Source of the DNA: Thermoplasmata archaeon
Lineage (GTDB): Archaea > Thermoplasmatota > Thermoplasmata > Thermoplasmatales > ARK-15
Length of the DNA stretch: 64,000 bases
Direction of reading: 5' to 3'
NCBI GenBank assembly: GCA_039794005.1
Contig: JBAMMA010000017.1
Span: forward strand, 1-64,000
Shown here in pieces: positions 1-8,766 of the stretch. Below the pieces are notes generated by a model. The model was given only the letters and a program-made list of their open reading frames with translations. It was not told where the DNA came from and did not search any database. The translations under genes and the position numbers were made by a program. How positions within the stretch are numbered: the stretch's first letter is position 1; each line of letters opens with the position of its first letter.

Positions 1-178
1 GGGCCCTCTCTTTGACTTTTCTGGAAACTTCTAATGCTATTTGAACCTTTACATCCGCTTTAAGTAAGGCTCTCTGAATATCTTTTACCAATTCCTCCAC
101 AATATCTTTATCTATTATTGAACTTCTTGTAATTTTTTTGAATACTTCCTTTAAAGATTCTGCCAATGAGTCTAACAT
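1..178 (-). CDS. srp54: Signal recognition particle protein SRP54, N-terminal part (continues beyond the window)
   Basis: Not in the ORF track. Manual translation from ATG 178 gives MLDSLAESLKEVFKKITRSSIIDKDIVEELVKDIQRALLKADVKVQIALEVSRKVKERA, the typical SRP54 N-domain (DIQRALLxADV). Confidence 0.9.
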   Translation of the reverse strand, partial: MLDSLAESLKEVFKKITRSSIIDKDIVEELVKDIQRALLKADVKVQIALEVSRKVKERA

Positions 179-180
179 TT

Positions 181-939
181 TCACTTAATTCTTCTGTAAA
201 ATTTCTTGGCGTTTTCCTCAGATATTTTATTTATTATTTCATTTTTAATACCTTTTGATCTAAGATATTGAACTGTCTTCGGAACAGCAAGTGGATCGCT
301 TGGTCCAAGATTTGCGACATCACTATTTAGCATACCATTTTCAAAAAGTTCAATATTTTTGTATACATCATCAACAGTTAATCTTCCTTCCTTAACAGTT
401 AAACCTATGTGATAATTTTTCTTTTTAACCATTTCAAGGATATCTGTATTTATGTGATCAATAACAACGAGATCTGGAGAAATTCCAGATTTTTCTATAA
501 CATCGATTTCCTTCTTAACAATTTTTTCCCTATCCTTAAATGGTGTGTGTACAATTAATGGTATATCATATTTTTTACCAAGTTTTGCCATTTCAAGAAA
601 TACCTCCTCCTCCACAGGCCTATCAGAGTTTATTCCTACTTCGCCAATTGCTACAACATGTTCATGATTTAAATAATTTTCAAAAATTCCAATCTTTTCC
701 TTCCAGTCTTGAGGAATGTTAGCGGGATGTATCCCTATTGCAGAATATATTTTTATTCCTAAGGATTCGCCCAATTTCCAGTATAAATTTATCATATTTT
801 CCATTTCATCTTTATATGTGGTCAATGTGGATGCACCTGTTCCTACGGCACATGTAATGGCATGAGTAACACCTGCCACACTCATGGAATGTATTTCAGT
901 ATATCCAGAATAATGCAAATGGGTGTGAGAATCTATCAT
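181..939 (-). CDS. TatD-family metal-dependent hydrolase (COG1099-like)
   Basis: Motifs IDSHTH, GIHP, AIGEVG, VHTP, IDH, LNSD, SDPLAVPKT. Ends 2 nt before the srp54 start. Confidence 0.85.
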   Translation of the reverse strand: MIDSHTHLHYSGYTEIHSMSVAGVTHAITCAVGTGASTLTTYKDEMENMINLYWKLGESLGIKIYSAIGIHPANIPQDWKEKIGIFENYLNHEHVVAIGEVGINSDRPVEEEVFLEMAKLGKKYDIPLIVHTPFKDREKIVKKEIDVIEKSGISPDLVVIDHINTDILEMVKKKNYHIGLTVKEGRLTVDDVYKNIELFENGMLNSDVANLGPSDPLAVPKTVQYLRSKGIKNEIINKISEENAKKFYRRIK

Positions 940-999
940 GTATAATATAAAAAATTACATTCTAATAAACTTTATTAAAACATAATTTATTATTAAAAT

Positions 1000-2346
1000 A
1001 TGCAAAAAGGTTCATTATTAAATTTATTATCACCTGTACTTGGAGAATTTCTCTCTTCATTTACATTGGTCTATATAATCTTTTTAATCCCATCAATTAT
1101 AAACTATTACAAAGCCAGTATTTTTGAGATTTTATGGATCCCAATATCTCTTTTGGTTTCTTTTATACCTTTAAACAATGTTATGGATAGAATATCATCA
1201 CTTTATGGGAGAGATAAATTATATTATATAGGATTGATTTTATATATCATTACGATAATATTTTTAACGTTATTGCCACCAATTTCAATATTCATAATAT
1301 TAACATTTATCATGGGAATTTCACTATCCATAATATATCCAAATTCCATAAGAATTCATGAAATTGTTAATAAAAATTCTATTAATATACAAATTTTATT
1401 TTTGATTTCCATTATATTTGGTATAACAATTGCTTACCTATTAAATGGATATCTCAGAATATCATTTATAACTCTCATAATCATTCCTGTATTAATTATA
1501 TTTATTTCCCTATTAACATTTTTTAATTACACATTTATAAAAATACATGATGAAATTGATATACTTGGTTCATTTTTATTTGCTGCATTTATTTCATTAT
1601 TCATTTTCTTTATCATGCTCTTGAAAATATATCCAATAACTTACACATTATACTTTTTGATCATGTCCTTGGTTTTCTTATCAATTTTTATCATATTTGA
1701 AAAAGGGGTTTCAAATAAATTCTTTAATTTATCTTTATTAAAAAATAAGGATATATTGTCAATTTTTGTAACCAATTTGGTAATCTACATTTCAATAGTA
1801 CCAATATTTTTAATATTACCCTTATACTATATCAATATATTAAATCAAAATTATTCATTAAATATTATTTTACTATTTTCCATTATTTCATTTTTAACAT
1901 TTATAATTTTAAATATCATCAATTTAAATATAAATAATAAAATATTGATTTTAGTTGGTTTACTTTTAATATCAATCTCTTACATTATGATGAGCATAAA
2001 TATTAAATTATTATTTTATGATGTTATAGCGATTGCATTAGGATACGGAATTTCAGAATATTCCAATTATATATTAATAAATAAATATTCAAATAAAACT
2101 GAAAATTATGAAATTTTAAACATTTCTGAAATTTCTAAATATACAGGCATTTTATTATCAATCGGTTTATCATCTCTTATATTATCAATATACTTGAACA
2201 GAAATTATTATTTTTCATATCCAAGATATGTTATATCAAATACATTATTTATCAATGCAATGAATACAATCTTTTTAATAATTGGAATTTTTATTTTGCT
2301 CTCTCTCTATTTTTCCTATTTAAGATCCGGGGAATCTTATGTTTGA
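1000..2346 (+). CDS. MFS transporter, highly divergent (probably 14-TM DHA2-like)
   Basis: Many hydrophobic segments and an MFS motif-A-like DRISSLYGRDK. Extremely AT-rich. Confidence 0.65.
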   Translation: MQKGSLLNLLSPVLGEFLSSFTLVYIIFLIPSIINYYKASIFEILWIPISLLVSFIPLNNVMDRISSLYGRDKLYYIGLILYIITIIFLTLLPPISIFIILTFIMGISLSIIYPNSIRIHEIVNKNSINIQILFLISIIFGITIAYLLNGYLRISFITLIIIPVLIIFISLLTFFNYTFIKIHDEIDILGSFLFAAFISLFIFFIMLLKIYPITYTLYFLIMSLVFLSIFIIFEKGVSNKFFNLSLLKNKDILSIFVTNLVIYISIVPIFLILPLYYINILNQNYSLNIILLFSIISFLTFIILNIINLNINNKILILVGLLLISISYIMMSINIKLLFYDVIAIALGYGISEYSNYILINKYSNKTENYEILNISEISKYTGILLSIGLSSLILSIYLNRNYYFSYPRYVISNTLFINAMNTIFLIIGIFILLSLYFSYLRSGESYV

Positions 2347-3235
2347 AATTGAAATGAAAAACCTTTCTAAAATATATGATAAAAAAATAAAGGCTCTGGA
2401 TAACATTAACTTTGAAACAAATATGTCAGGGATATTGTCAATTATAGGAAAAAATGGTGCGGGGAAAACAACACTCGTAAAAATTTTATCAACTCAATTA
2501 TATCCAACATCGGGATATGCCAAAATAAACGGATACGACGTGGTAAAAGATGAAAAAAAATTGAGAGAAATAATAGCGGCAGTGCCCCAAGAGGCAAGAA
2601 CGGTTCCATGGCTTACACCATTACAGAGTGTTCAAACATACTTAATGTGGAGGGGCCATTCTTATAGGGAATCAAAAGAAATAGCTTATGAATACTTGAA
2701 CGTGGTAGGATTAAAAGGATTGGAAAATGTAAAGAATAGAAAATTATCTGGAGGCCAAAAGAGGAAGGTTTTAATCGCATCTGTCCTGGCAAGTGATGCA
2801 CCAATAATATTTTTAGATGAACCCACCACAGGTCTGGACTATATATCAAGAAAAGAATTGTGGAATATTTTTGAAAAAATTAAAAAAGAAAAATTAATTA
2901 TTTTAACAACACACTATTTGGAGGAGGCTGAAATATTAGGAGATTTAATATTGATTTTGGATAAAGCTAAATTAATAAAATATGGTAATATTGAAACTTT
3001 AAGAAAAAGCATTGAATATCAATATCAATTAAAAATATATGGAAATTTAGATTTTAATTTTGATGGCCTATTAAAAAGATATCCTGATCATTTTGAAATT
3101 TTTGTTAAAGATGATGAAATAAATAAAATTAAAGAAATATTATTCCAAAAAAATATTAGGTTTACATTTGCTCCTTTGTCATTAAACACAATTTTTGAAT
3201 ATTTTGTAGAAGGTGGTTTGAATGAAGAAAATTAA
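2339..3235 (+). CDS. ABC exporter ATP-binding subunit (DrrA-like)
   Basis: Walker A GKNGAGKT, signature LSGGQ, Walker B IFLDEPT, H-loop TTHY. Confidence 0.95.
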   Translation: MFEIEMKNLSKIYDKKIKALDNINFETNMSGILSIIGKNGAGKTTLVKILSTQLYPTSGYAKINGYDVVKDEKKLREIIAAVPQEARTVPWLTPLQSVQTYLMWRGHSYRESKEIAYEYLNVVGLKGLENVKNRKLSGGQKRKVLIASVLASDAPIIFLDEPTTGLDYISRKELWNIFEKIKKEKLIILTTHYLEEAEILGDLILILDKAKLIKYGNIETLRKSIEYQYQLKIYGNLDFNFDGLLKRYPDHFEIFVKDDEINKIKEILFQKNIRFTFAPLSLNTIFEYFVEGGLNEEN

Positions 3236-3959
3236 CATGATTTTGTCATCTATCCTTGTTAATGCCATTTATGCCATGATAAATTACCCTGTCCTTTTAA
3301 TAAATACACTCTTATCTCCAATTTCAATACTTGCTGTTGTAACGTTTGCAAGTCGAGGAACATTACTGCCAATAGCTTCTTTAGGAGCCTTAATGATGAA
3401 TATGATAACCAGCGGTGTATCACTTCAAGGGGATTTGTCGCATTTAAAAAATGATATGAAACTACAAGATATGGTGGTAAGTTCCCCAACAGATCAGAAA
3501 ATATACCTTCTGGGAATGGCGATTTCAGAGATTGTTTATGCAATACCTACCTTATCAATATTGTTATTTATAAACATTTTATTTGTTAAAATAAATTATA
3601 TTGGCTGGATATTAATAATTGCAGATATGATATTAGTATTTTCATTTTCAATTTCATTGGGATTTTTCCTATCGACGATATCTTCTGACGTGGTCCAATC
3701 GTGGGCATTTTCGGGGATTATATCACCCATATTGTCAACAATACCTCCAGTTTACTATCCAATAACATTTATACCTTATCCATGGAGGTATCTCGCATAC
3801 GTATCGCCAACTACATATGCAGCAGAAATAGCACAGGATATAGTAGGATATATAAAATTATCAAATTTTGAATTTTTATTGTCATGGATAATTTTAATTT
3901 CATTTACATTATTTACATTCTATCTTGGTTTAAAAAGGTCGCATTGGAGAGAACCCTAG
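3222..3959 (+). CDS. ABC-2 type exporter permease
   Basis: About 6 TM segments, motif PPVYYP..P.PW.YLAYVSPTTY. Overlaps the ATPase gene. Confidence 0.9.
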   Translation: MKKINMILSSILVNAIYAMINYPVLLINTLLSPISILAVVTFASRGTLLPIASLGALMMNMITSGVSLQGDLSHLKNDMKLQDMVVSSPTDQKIYLLGMAISEIVYAIPTLSILLFINILFVKINYIGWILIIADMILVFSFSISLGFFLSTISSDVVQSWAFSGIISPILSTIPPVYYPITFIPYPWRYLAYVSPTTYAAEIAQDIVGYIKLSNFEFLLSWIILISFTLFTFYLGLKRSHWREP

Positions 3960-4032
3960 TGCGGGTGTCGGGATTTGAACCCGAGGCTGAGCCGTGGCAG
4001 GGCTCTATGTTACCAAACTACACCACACCCGC
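3960..4032 (-). tRNA. tRNA-Gly (GCC)
   Basis: Reverse complement GCGGGTGTGGTGTAGTTTGGTAACATAGAGCCCTGCCACGGCTCAGCCTCGGGTTCAAATCCCGACACCCGCA folds as a cloverleaf with anticodon GCC. CCA is not encoded. Confidence 0.97.
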
Positions 4033-4155
4033 TCCAATATATTATATATTCAAACGATATATAAATTTACTGCATTTTTAATCCTATTTTTTAAACAATA
4101 TTCCAATTTGACTCAGAAAATGTTAAATGATAAAAATTTATTTAAAATATTATCT

Positions 4156-4932
4156 ATGGGAATGAGTTCAAAATTGGTGGATTCGTTTACAAAATTGTAT
4201 GAAAAAGCATTATTGGATAATATAAACAGAAATTTAGTGCCTAGACACATAGGCATTATCATGGATGGAAATAGAAGGTATGCGCAACAATTAGGCATGG
4301 ATCCCAAGCTGGGACATTATTATGGTAGGGAAAAATTGTACGAAGTTTTGGAATGGTGCATGGAATTGGGTATCAGGATAGTTACAGTATACGCTTTTTC
4401 AACTGAAAATTTTATGAGGGGAAAGGAAGAGGTGATTTCATTGATGAATTTATTTGAAGAATCGATTGAAAAGGAATTGAAGGAAGGAAGAATACATAAA
4501 AATAGAATCAAGGTAAAAATTATTGGAAGAAGGGAATTATTACCTGAAAATTTAATAGAAAAGATCGAAAGGATTGAAGAAGAAACAAAAGATTATAATG
4601 ATTATATATTAAATATTGCAATTGCATATGGCGGAAGGGAAGAAATAATAGATGCTATTAAAAAAATTGCTAAAGACGTTCTAGAAAATAAGTTATCAAT
4701 AAATGATATAAATGAAGAAACTGTTAGGAAAAATCTTTATACTGCAGATCTACCAGATCCGGATCTTATTTTGAGAACATCTGGAGAAGAGAGAATATCA
4801 AATTTCTTATTATGGCAATCTGCATATTCTGAGCTGTATTTTACAGATGTATATTGGCCATCTTTTTCTAAAATAGATTTTTTAAAGGCGATATTGTCAT
4901 ATCAAAGGAGAGAACGGAGGTTTGGAAGATGA
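4156..4932 (+). CDS. uppS: cis-prenyltransferase (undecaprenyl/polyprenyl diphosphate synthase)
   Basis: Motifs HIGIIMDGNRR, YAFSTENF, YGGREEI, RTSGEERISNF, RRFG. Start moved from 3994, which overlaps the tRNA, to ATG 4156 (4162 also possible). Confidence 0.95.
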   Translation: MGMSSKLVDSFTKLYEKALLDNINRNLVPRHIGIIMDGNRRYAQQLGMDPKLGHYYGREKLYEVLEWCMELGIRIVTVYAFSTENFMRGKEEVISLMNLFEESIEKELKEGRIHKNRIKVKIIGRRELLPENLIEKIERIEEETKDYNDYILNIAIAYGGREEIIDAIKKIAKDVLENKLSINDINEETVRKNLYTADLPDPDLILRTSGEERISNFLLWQSAYSELYFTDVYWPSFSKIDFLKAILSYQRRERRFGR

Positions 4933-5567
4933 AGGGACACGATAAATATCATGGTATATTTACAGACGGTAAAAATTTCTATACAAGATCAAAAAATCAA
5001 TCATTATTTGGTGAAAAAATATTAAGGGAAAACAAATTTATATATAGATTATGGGACCCATATAGAAGTAAATTTTCAGCTTCATTACACAAAAATTTAA
5101 AAAATTATAAATTGGAAAAAAATTCCAATATATTATATTTAGGAGCCTCTTACGGGAATACCGTTTCATTTTTATCAGAAGTAGTTTACGATGGAAAGAT
5201 ATTTGCTGTGGAATTTGCATTAAAACCTTTTGCATCCCTTCTAAATGTATCGAAAATTTACAATAACATATATCCGATAATGGCAGACGCAAATTTTCCA
5301 AAAAAATTCAAAATTTATGTCGAGGGCCCTGATATATTGATAATAGATATATCTCAAAAAAATCAAATTGAAATATTTAAAGAAAATCTGAAAACGTTCC
5401 CAAATACAAAGTTCTGTTATTTCTTTTTAAAAACAAGGGCAATAGATGCTATTAAGGATCCTAAAGATGTACTAGAAGAAAGTTTAAAAAGTCTAGATAA
5501 TGTAAAGGAAATAATTAATCTTAATCCATATGCAAAGGATCATTATTTAATATTTATTGAAAGGTGA
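4929..5567 (+). CDS. flpA: Fibrillarin-like rRNA/tRNA 2'-O-methyltransferase
   Basis: Motifs YRLWDPYRSK, LYLGASYGNTVS, VEF, DISQ, KTRAID, KDH. Confidence 0.9.
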   Translation: MKGHDKYHGIFTDGKNFYTRSKNQSLFGEKILRENKFIYRLWDPYRSKFSASLHKNLKNYKLEKNSNILYLGASYGNTVSFLSEVVYDGKIFAVEFALKPFASLLNVSKIYNNIYPIMADANFPKKFKIYVEGPDILIIDISQKNQIEIFKENLKTFPNTKFCYFFLKTRAIDAIKDPKDVLEESLKSLDNVKEIINLNPYAKDHYLIFIER

Positions 5568-5571
5568 TTTG

Positions 5572-6516
5572 ATGAAAAACAAAAGAATATTTATAACAGG
5601 TGGTGCAGGTTTTATTGGATCAAATTTGGTAGATAAACTGGTGAATGAAAATGAAATTGTTATATATGATAATTTATCAAGTGGACATAAAGAATGGATT
5701 TTAGATAAAAAGGCTAAATTTATTCATGGGGACATATTAGATTTTGAAAATTTGAAGAATTCTATGAAGGACATTGATGTAGTAATTCACCTGGCGGCTA
5801 ACCCAGATGTTAGATTGGGTGAGAAGAATAACAAAATAGATCTTGAAGTAAATGTAATTGGTACATACAATGTACTAGAATCTATGAGAACCAATGATGT
5901 AAAAAACATAATATTTTCATCATCTTCAACAGTATATGGAGAAGCACCCGTCCCAACACCTGAAACTTATGGTCCTACTAAGCCAATATCTTTTTATGGG
6001 GCATCAAAACTGGCTGCGGAATCATACATATCTGCTTTTTCAGAAATGTACGGTATAAAAGGTGTTTCTTATAGATTTGCAAATGTCGTTGGAAGACATG
6101 GAACGCATGGTGTTATATACGATTTTATTAAAAAATTGATGAATGATAGGACAAAATTGGAAGTGTTGGGTGATGGGACCCAAACAAAATCGTATTTACA
6201 TGTAGAGGATTGCATTGACGGTATTCTTTATCTTTTTGATAAAGTAAATAAATATGATGTTTTTAATCTAGGAACTGATGGTTACACAAACGTGTTGGAC
6301 ATAGCCAGGATGGTGGTTGAGATATTGAATTTAAAGGGAGTAAATATTTATACAACGGGAGGTAAAGATGGAAGAGGTTGGGCAGGGGATATAAAAGTTA
6401 TGCTACTATCTATAGAAAAAGCAAAATCTTATGGCTGGAAACCTAAATACAATTCTGATGAGGCGGTAAAAAAAGCAATATATGAATTATCAGGTGAATT
6501 GGGATGGAAATATTAA
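5572..6516 (+). CDS. NAD-dependent sugar epimerase/dehydratase (UDP-glucose 4-epimerase-like)
   Basis: TGGAGFIG and YGASK motifs. Start set at ATG 5572 after a GGTGA SD. Confidence 0.9.
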   Translation: MKNKRIFITGGAGFIGSNLVDKLVNENEIVIYDNLSSGHKEWILDKKAKFIHGDILDFENLKNSMKDIDVVIHLAANPDVRLGEKNNKIDLEVNVIGTYNVLESMRTNDVKNIIFSSSSTVYGEAPVPTPETYGPTKPISFYGASKLAAESYISAFSEMYGIKGVSYRFANVVGRHGTHGVIYDFIKKLMNDRTKLEVLGDGTQTKSYLHVEDCIDGILYLFDKVNKYDVFNLGTDGYTNVLDIARMVVEILNLKGVNIYTTGGKDGRGWAGDIKVMLLSIEKAKSYGWKPKYNSDEAVKKAIYELSGELGWKY

Positions 6517-7331
6517 AAATTCCTACCGCTGTTGCTGCGTTTGACAGCATAATCAAAGGCGGGATGCCTTCAGGAAGCGTTGTATTGTTATTTGGTGAAC
6601 CTGGTGCAGGCCACTACGAATTTGCCATAACATCGGCATCAAAAACTATTCTCGCCAGGGAAGATCCTGAAAGAAGAAAATTAATACTGACAGAAATAGA
6701 TGAAAATACATATTTACCTGTTAATATACTTTATATTTCCACTACTAGAAGTGAAAAAGAAATTAAAAGAAACATAACATTGTCAATAGATGAGGATTTG
6801 CAGAAATATATATTGAAAAATTTAATAATAAAGGATCTTTCAAAGATATATTTTAAAAAGACTATTGTACCATCAAATTGGATAAAATCTACAACAATTT
6901 TTGATTATTCAGAAAAGGATATAATTGAAGAGATAATAGAGATATTGAATAACAATGGTGATGATAGTATTGTGATATTAGATTCATTAACGGATCTTTT
7001 AACCAATGTAAACATTAACAAACAGAATTTGATAGATATGCTAAAGGGCTTGGTGAGAGTTTCCAAAAATTGGAAAAGCATAATATATTTAATACTAACA
7101 GAGGGGATAGCGGAGGAGAAGATTGAAAGGGAGATAATGGATATTGTAGATGGTGTATTAATATTTAGATGGTACTCATCTGAGAGAACATCTTCTAGAT
7201 ATACGTATATGTATGTTCCAAAGTTCATAGGAGTGCTGCCACATATCGAGGAGGAAAGGGTGATAAAATTCAAAACCAGGATAGAATATACGAATGGGTT
7301 TATAGTAACGTATACTGAAAAGATAAGGTGA
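6504..7331 (+). CDS. KaiC/RAD55-like RecA-fold protein with degenerate Walker A (predicted inactive)
   Basis: KIPTAVAAFDSIIKGGMP start, Walker A GEPGAGHYEF (Lys lost), Walker B VILDSL, IVDGVL. Confidence 0.8.
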   Translation: MEILKIPTAVAAFDSIIKGGMPSGSVVLLFGEPGAGHYEFAITSASKTILAREDPERRKLILTEIDENTYLPVNILYISTTRSEKEIKRNITLSIDEDLQKYILKNLIIKDLSKIYFKKTIVPSNWIKSTTIFDYSEKDIIEEIIEILNNNGDDSIVILDSLTDLLTNVNINKQNLIDMLKGLVRVSKNWKSIIYLILTEGIAEEKIEREIMDIVDGVLIFRWYSSERTSSRYTYMYVPKFIGVLPHIEEERVIKFKTRIEYTNGFIVTYTEKIR

Positions 7332-7335
7332 AATT

Positions 7336-8034
7336 ATGGAGATCGAAAGGGTTAAAACAGGAATAAATGGACTTGACGAAATATTGGGTGGAGGTATTCC
7401 CAGAGGACATACCGTTTCCGTTATAGGACCCTTTGGTACAGGAAAGACCACATTTGCAATGCAATTTATAAATCAGGGTCTTTTAGATGATGAAAATTGC
7501 TTTTATATAAGCTTGGAGGAAGATACGGATTCAATAATAGGAACGGCACAAATATTTGGGTGGAATTTCAAGAAGTATTATGAGGATGGCAAATTACAGA
7601 TAATCAGATTATCCCCTTCAGATGCATCAAACATATTTTCAAGGATAAAAGAAATATCGAATGAATTAAAAGAAAAACAGGTTAAAAGACTCGTTTTGGA
7701 CTCGGCATCTCTATTGACTATGGTATTTAAAGAAGAACGGGAAAAAAGAAATATTCTATTTACACTTTCGAAGGGATTGAAGGATGCGGGTGTTACATCC
7801 ATATTTACTGGTGAAATAGATTTAACAAACAGACAGTCTTCGAGAGATGGTCTCTTAGAATACGTATCTGACGGTGTAATATTGTTGGATATGAAGAGGA
7901 ATGAAAAGAATACTGAGATGTATTTAACAATCCAAGTTTTAAAAATGAGAAAGATATCGCATTCAAGAAAGATTTATCCTTTTGAAATAAAAGAAAATGG
8001 AATAGAGGTTCAGTCTGAGATTACATTACTCTGA
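7336..8034 (+). CDS. KaiC/RAD55-like ATPase (single domain, intact motifs)
   Basis: TGINGLDEILGGGIP, GPFGTGKT, SLEE, VLDS, SDGVI, KMR. Confidence 0.92.
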   Translation: MEIERVKTGINGLDEILGGGIPRGHTVSVIGPFGTGKTTFAMQFINQGLLDDENCFYISLEEDTDSIIGTAQIFGWNFKKYYEDGKLQIIRLSPSDASNIFSRIKEISNELKEKQVKRLVLDSASLLTMVFKEEREKRNILFTLSKGLKDAGVTSIFTGEIDLTNRQSSRDGLLEYVSDGVILLDMKRNEKNTEMYLTIQVLKMRKISHSRKIYPFEIKENGIEVQSEITLL

Positions 8035-8649
8035 AAACGTTTCTCCCTTTGGAAAATTCTTTGTGATGTAATCTAAAATTATATTTCTGTCTTTTCTCAA
8101 ATGTGATTCGTACCATTTCACAATAAGATCAAAGAGGAGATTGTGAATGTCATCTATTGTTGTTTCCGAAACTGGCTTGTCGAAGAGGATATGCTGTGCA
8201 TATAACCTTTTCCATCCTGAATATTTGAAATATTGTTCCCCTTCCGAATATTCGAATACAATCCTTATTCTTTCTCCCTCAGGGGCATTATAATAACTGA
8301 TTTTCAATGCATCTCCCGTTCTCCCCTGATCCCTCGTCGTATCAATGAATGATATATTATTTAATGCATCAAAATTAAAATCTTCCTTTATTTTCCAATT
8401 ATTTGGAAATGCTATAAATGTAGCCCATTTTGTGTATTCAGGCTCTAGTTTAAAATGTATATTTATTTCATTGAATTTCTGATATATCTTCCATAGATCT
8501 TGGATCAGAGCCATGTTGATTTCCTTCTTTTTACCAGATTCCTGCGTTACAGATTTCAAAATTTCCTCTGTCTTTTTATTTAAAGTCTCATTCAATTTTG
8601 TAAACCAGTCTTGAGTGTTATTTCCTTCAGATACTTTTGTGTTTGCCAT
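8026..8649 (-). CDS. Hypothetical soluble protein
   Basis: 207-aa ORF with normal codon usage and a GTGA SD upstream. No family recognised. Confidence 0.75.
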   Translation of the reverse strand: MANTKVSEGNNTQDWFTKLNETLNKKTEEILKSVTQESGKKKEINMALIQDLWKIYQKFNEINIHFKLEPEYTKWATFIAFPNNWKIKEDFNFDALNNISFIDTTRDQGRTGDALKISYYNAPEGERIRIVFEYSEGEQYFKYSGWKRLYAQHILFDKPVSETTIDDIHNLLFDLIVKWYESHLRKDRNIILDYITKNFPKGETFSE

Positions 8650-8706
8650 ATCTGATCACTAAATTGTAATAAAAATTTTCATTTATAAACTTTTATACTT
8701 AATTTA

Positions 8707-8720
8707 TTTCATATATGAAA
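8707..8720. promoter_or_regulatory. Perfect 14-bp palindrome TTTCATATATGAAA between divergent promoters (candidate operator)
   Basis: Seen directly. Abuts the purine-rich BRE and TATATAAA (8723-8730) of the downstream gene. Confidence 0.4.
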
Positions 8721-8766
8721 AATATATAAAATGGAAAACAATCTCTTGTAAAAGGAGGTAGTATAT

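Noticed and set aside
940-4032. Genomic island integrated at tRNA-Gly
   Set aside because: No integrase and no duplicated tRNA 3' end (att) was seen; flanking genes are core.
3884-4155. ORF 3884-4081 and the N-terminal extension of uppS from 3994
   Set aside because: Both run antisense across tRNA-Gly, and UppS homology starts near 4156.
6504-8034. Circadian clock or RadA/RadB recombinase
   Set aside because: Single-domain proteins with no KaiA/KaiB nearby and no RadA N-terminal HhH domain.
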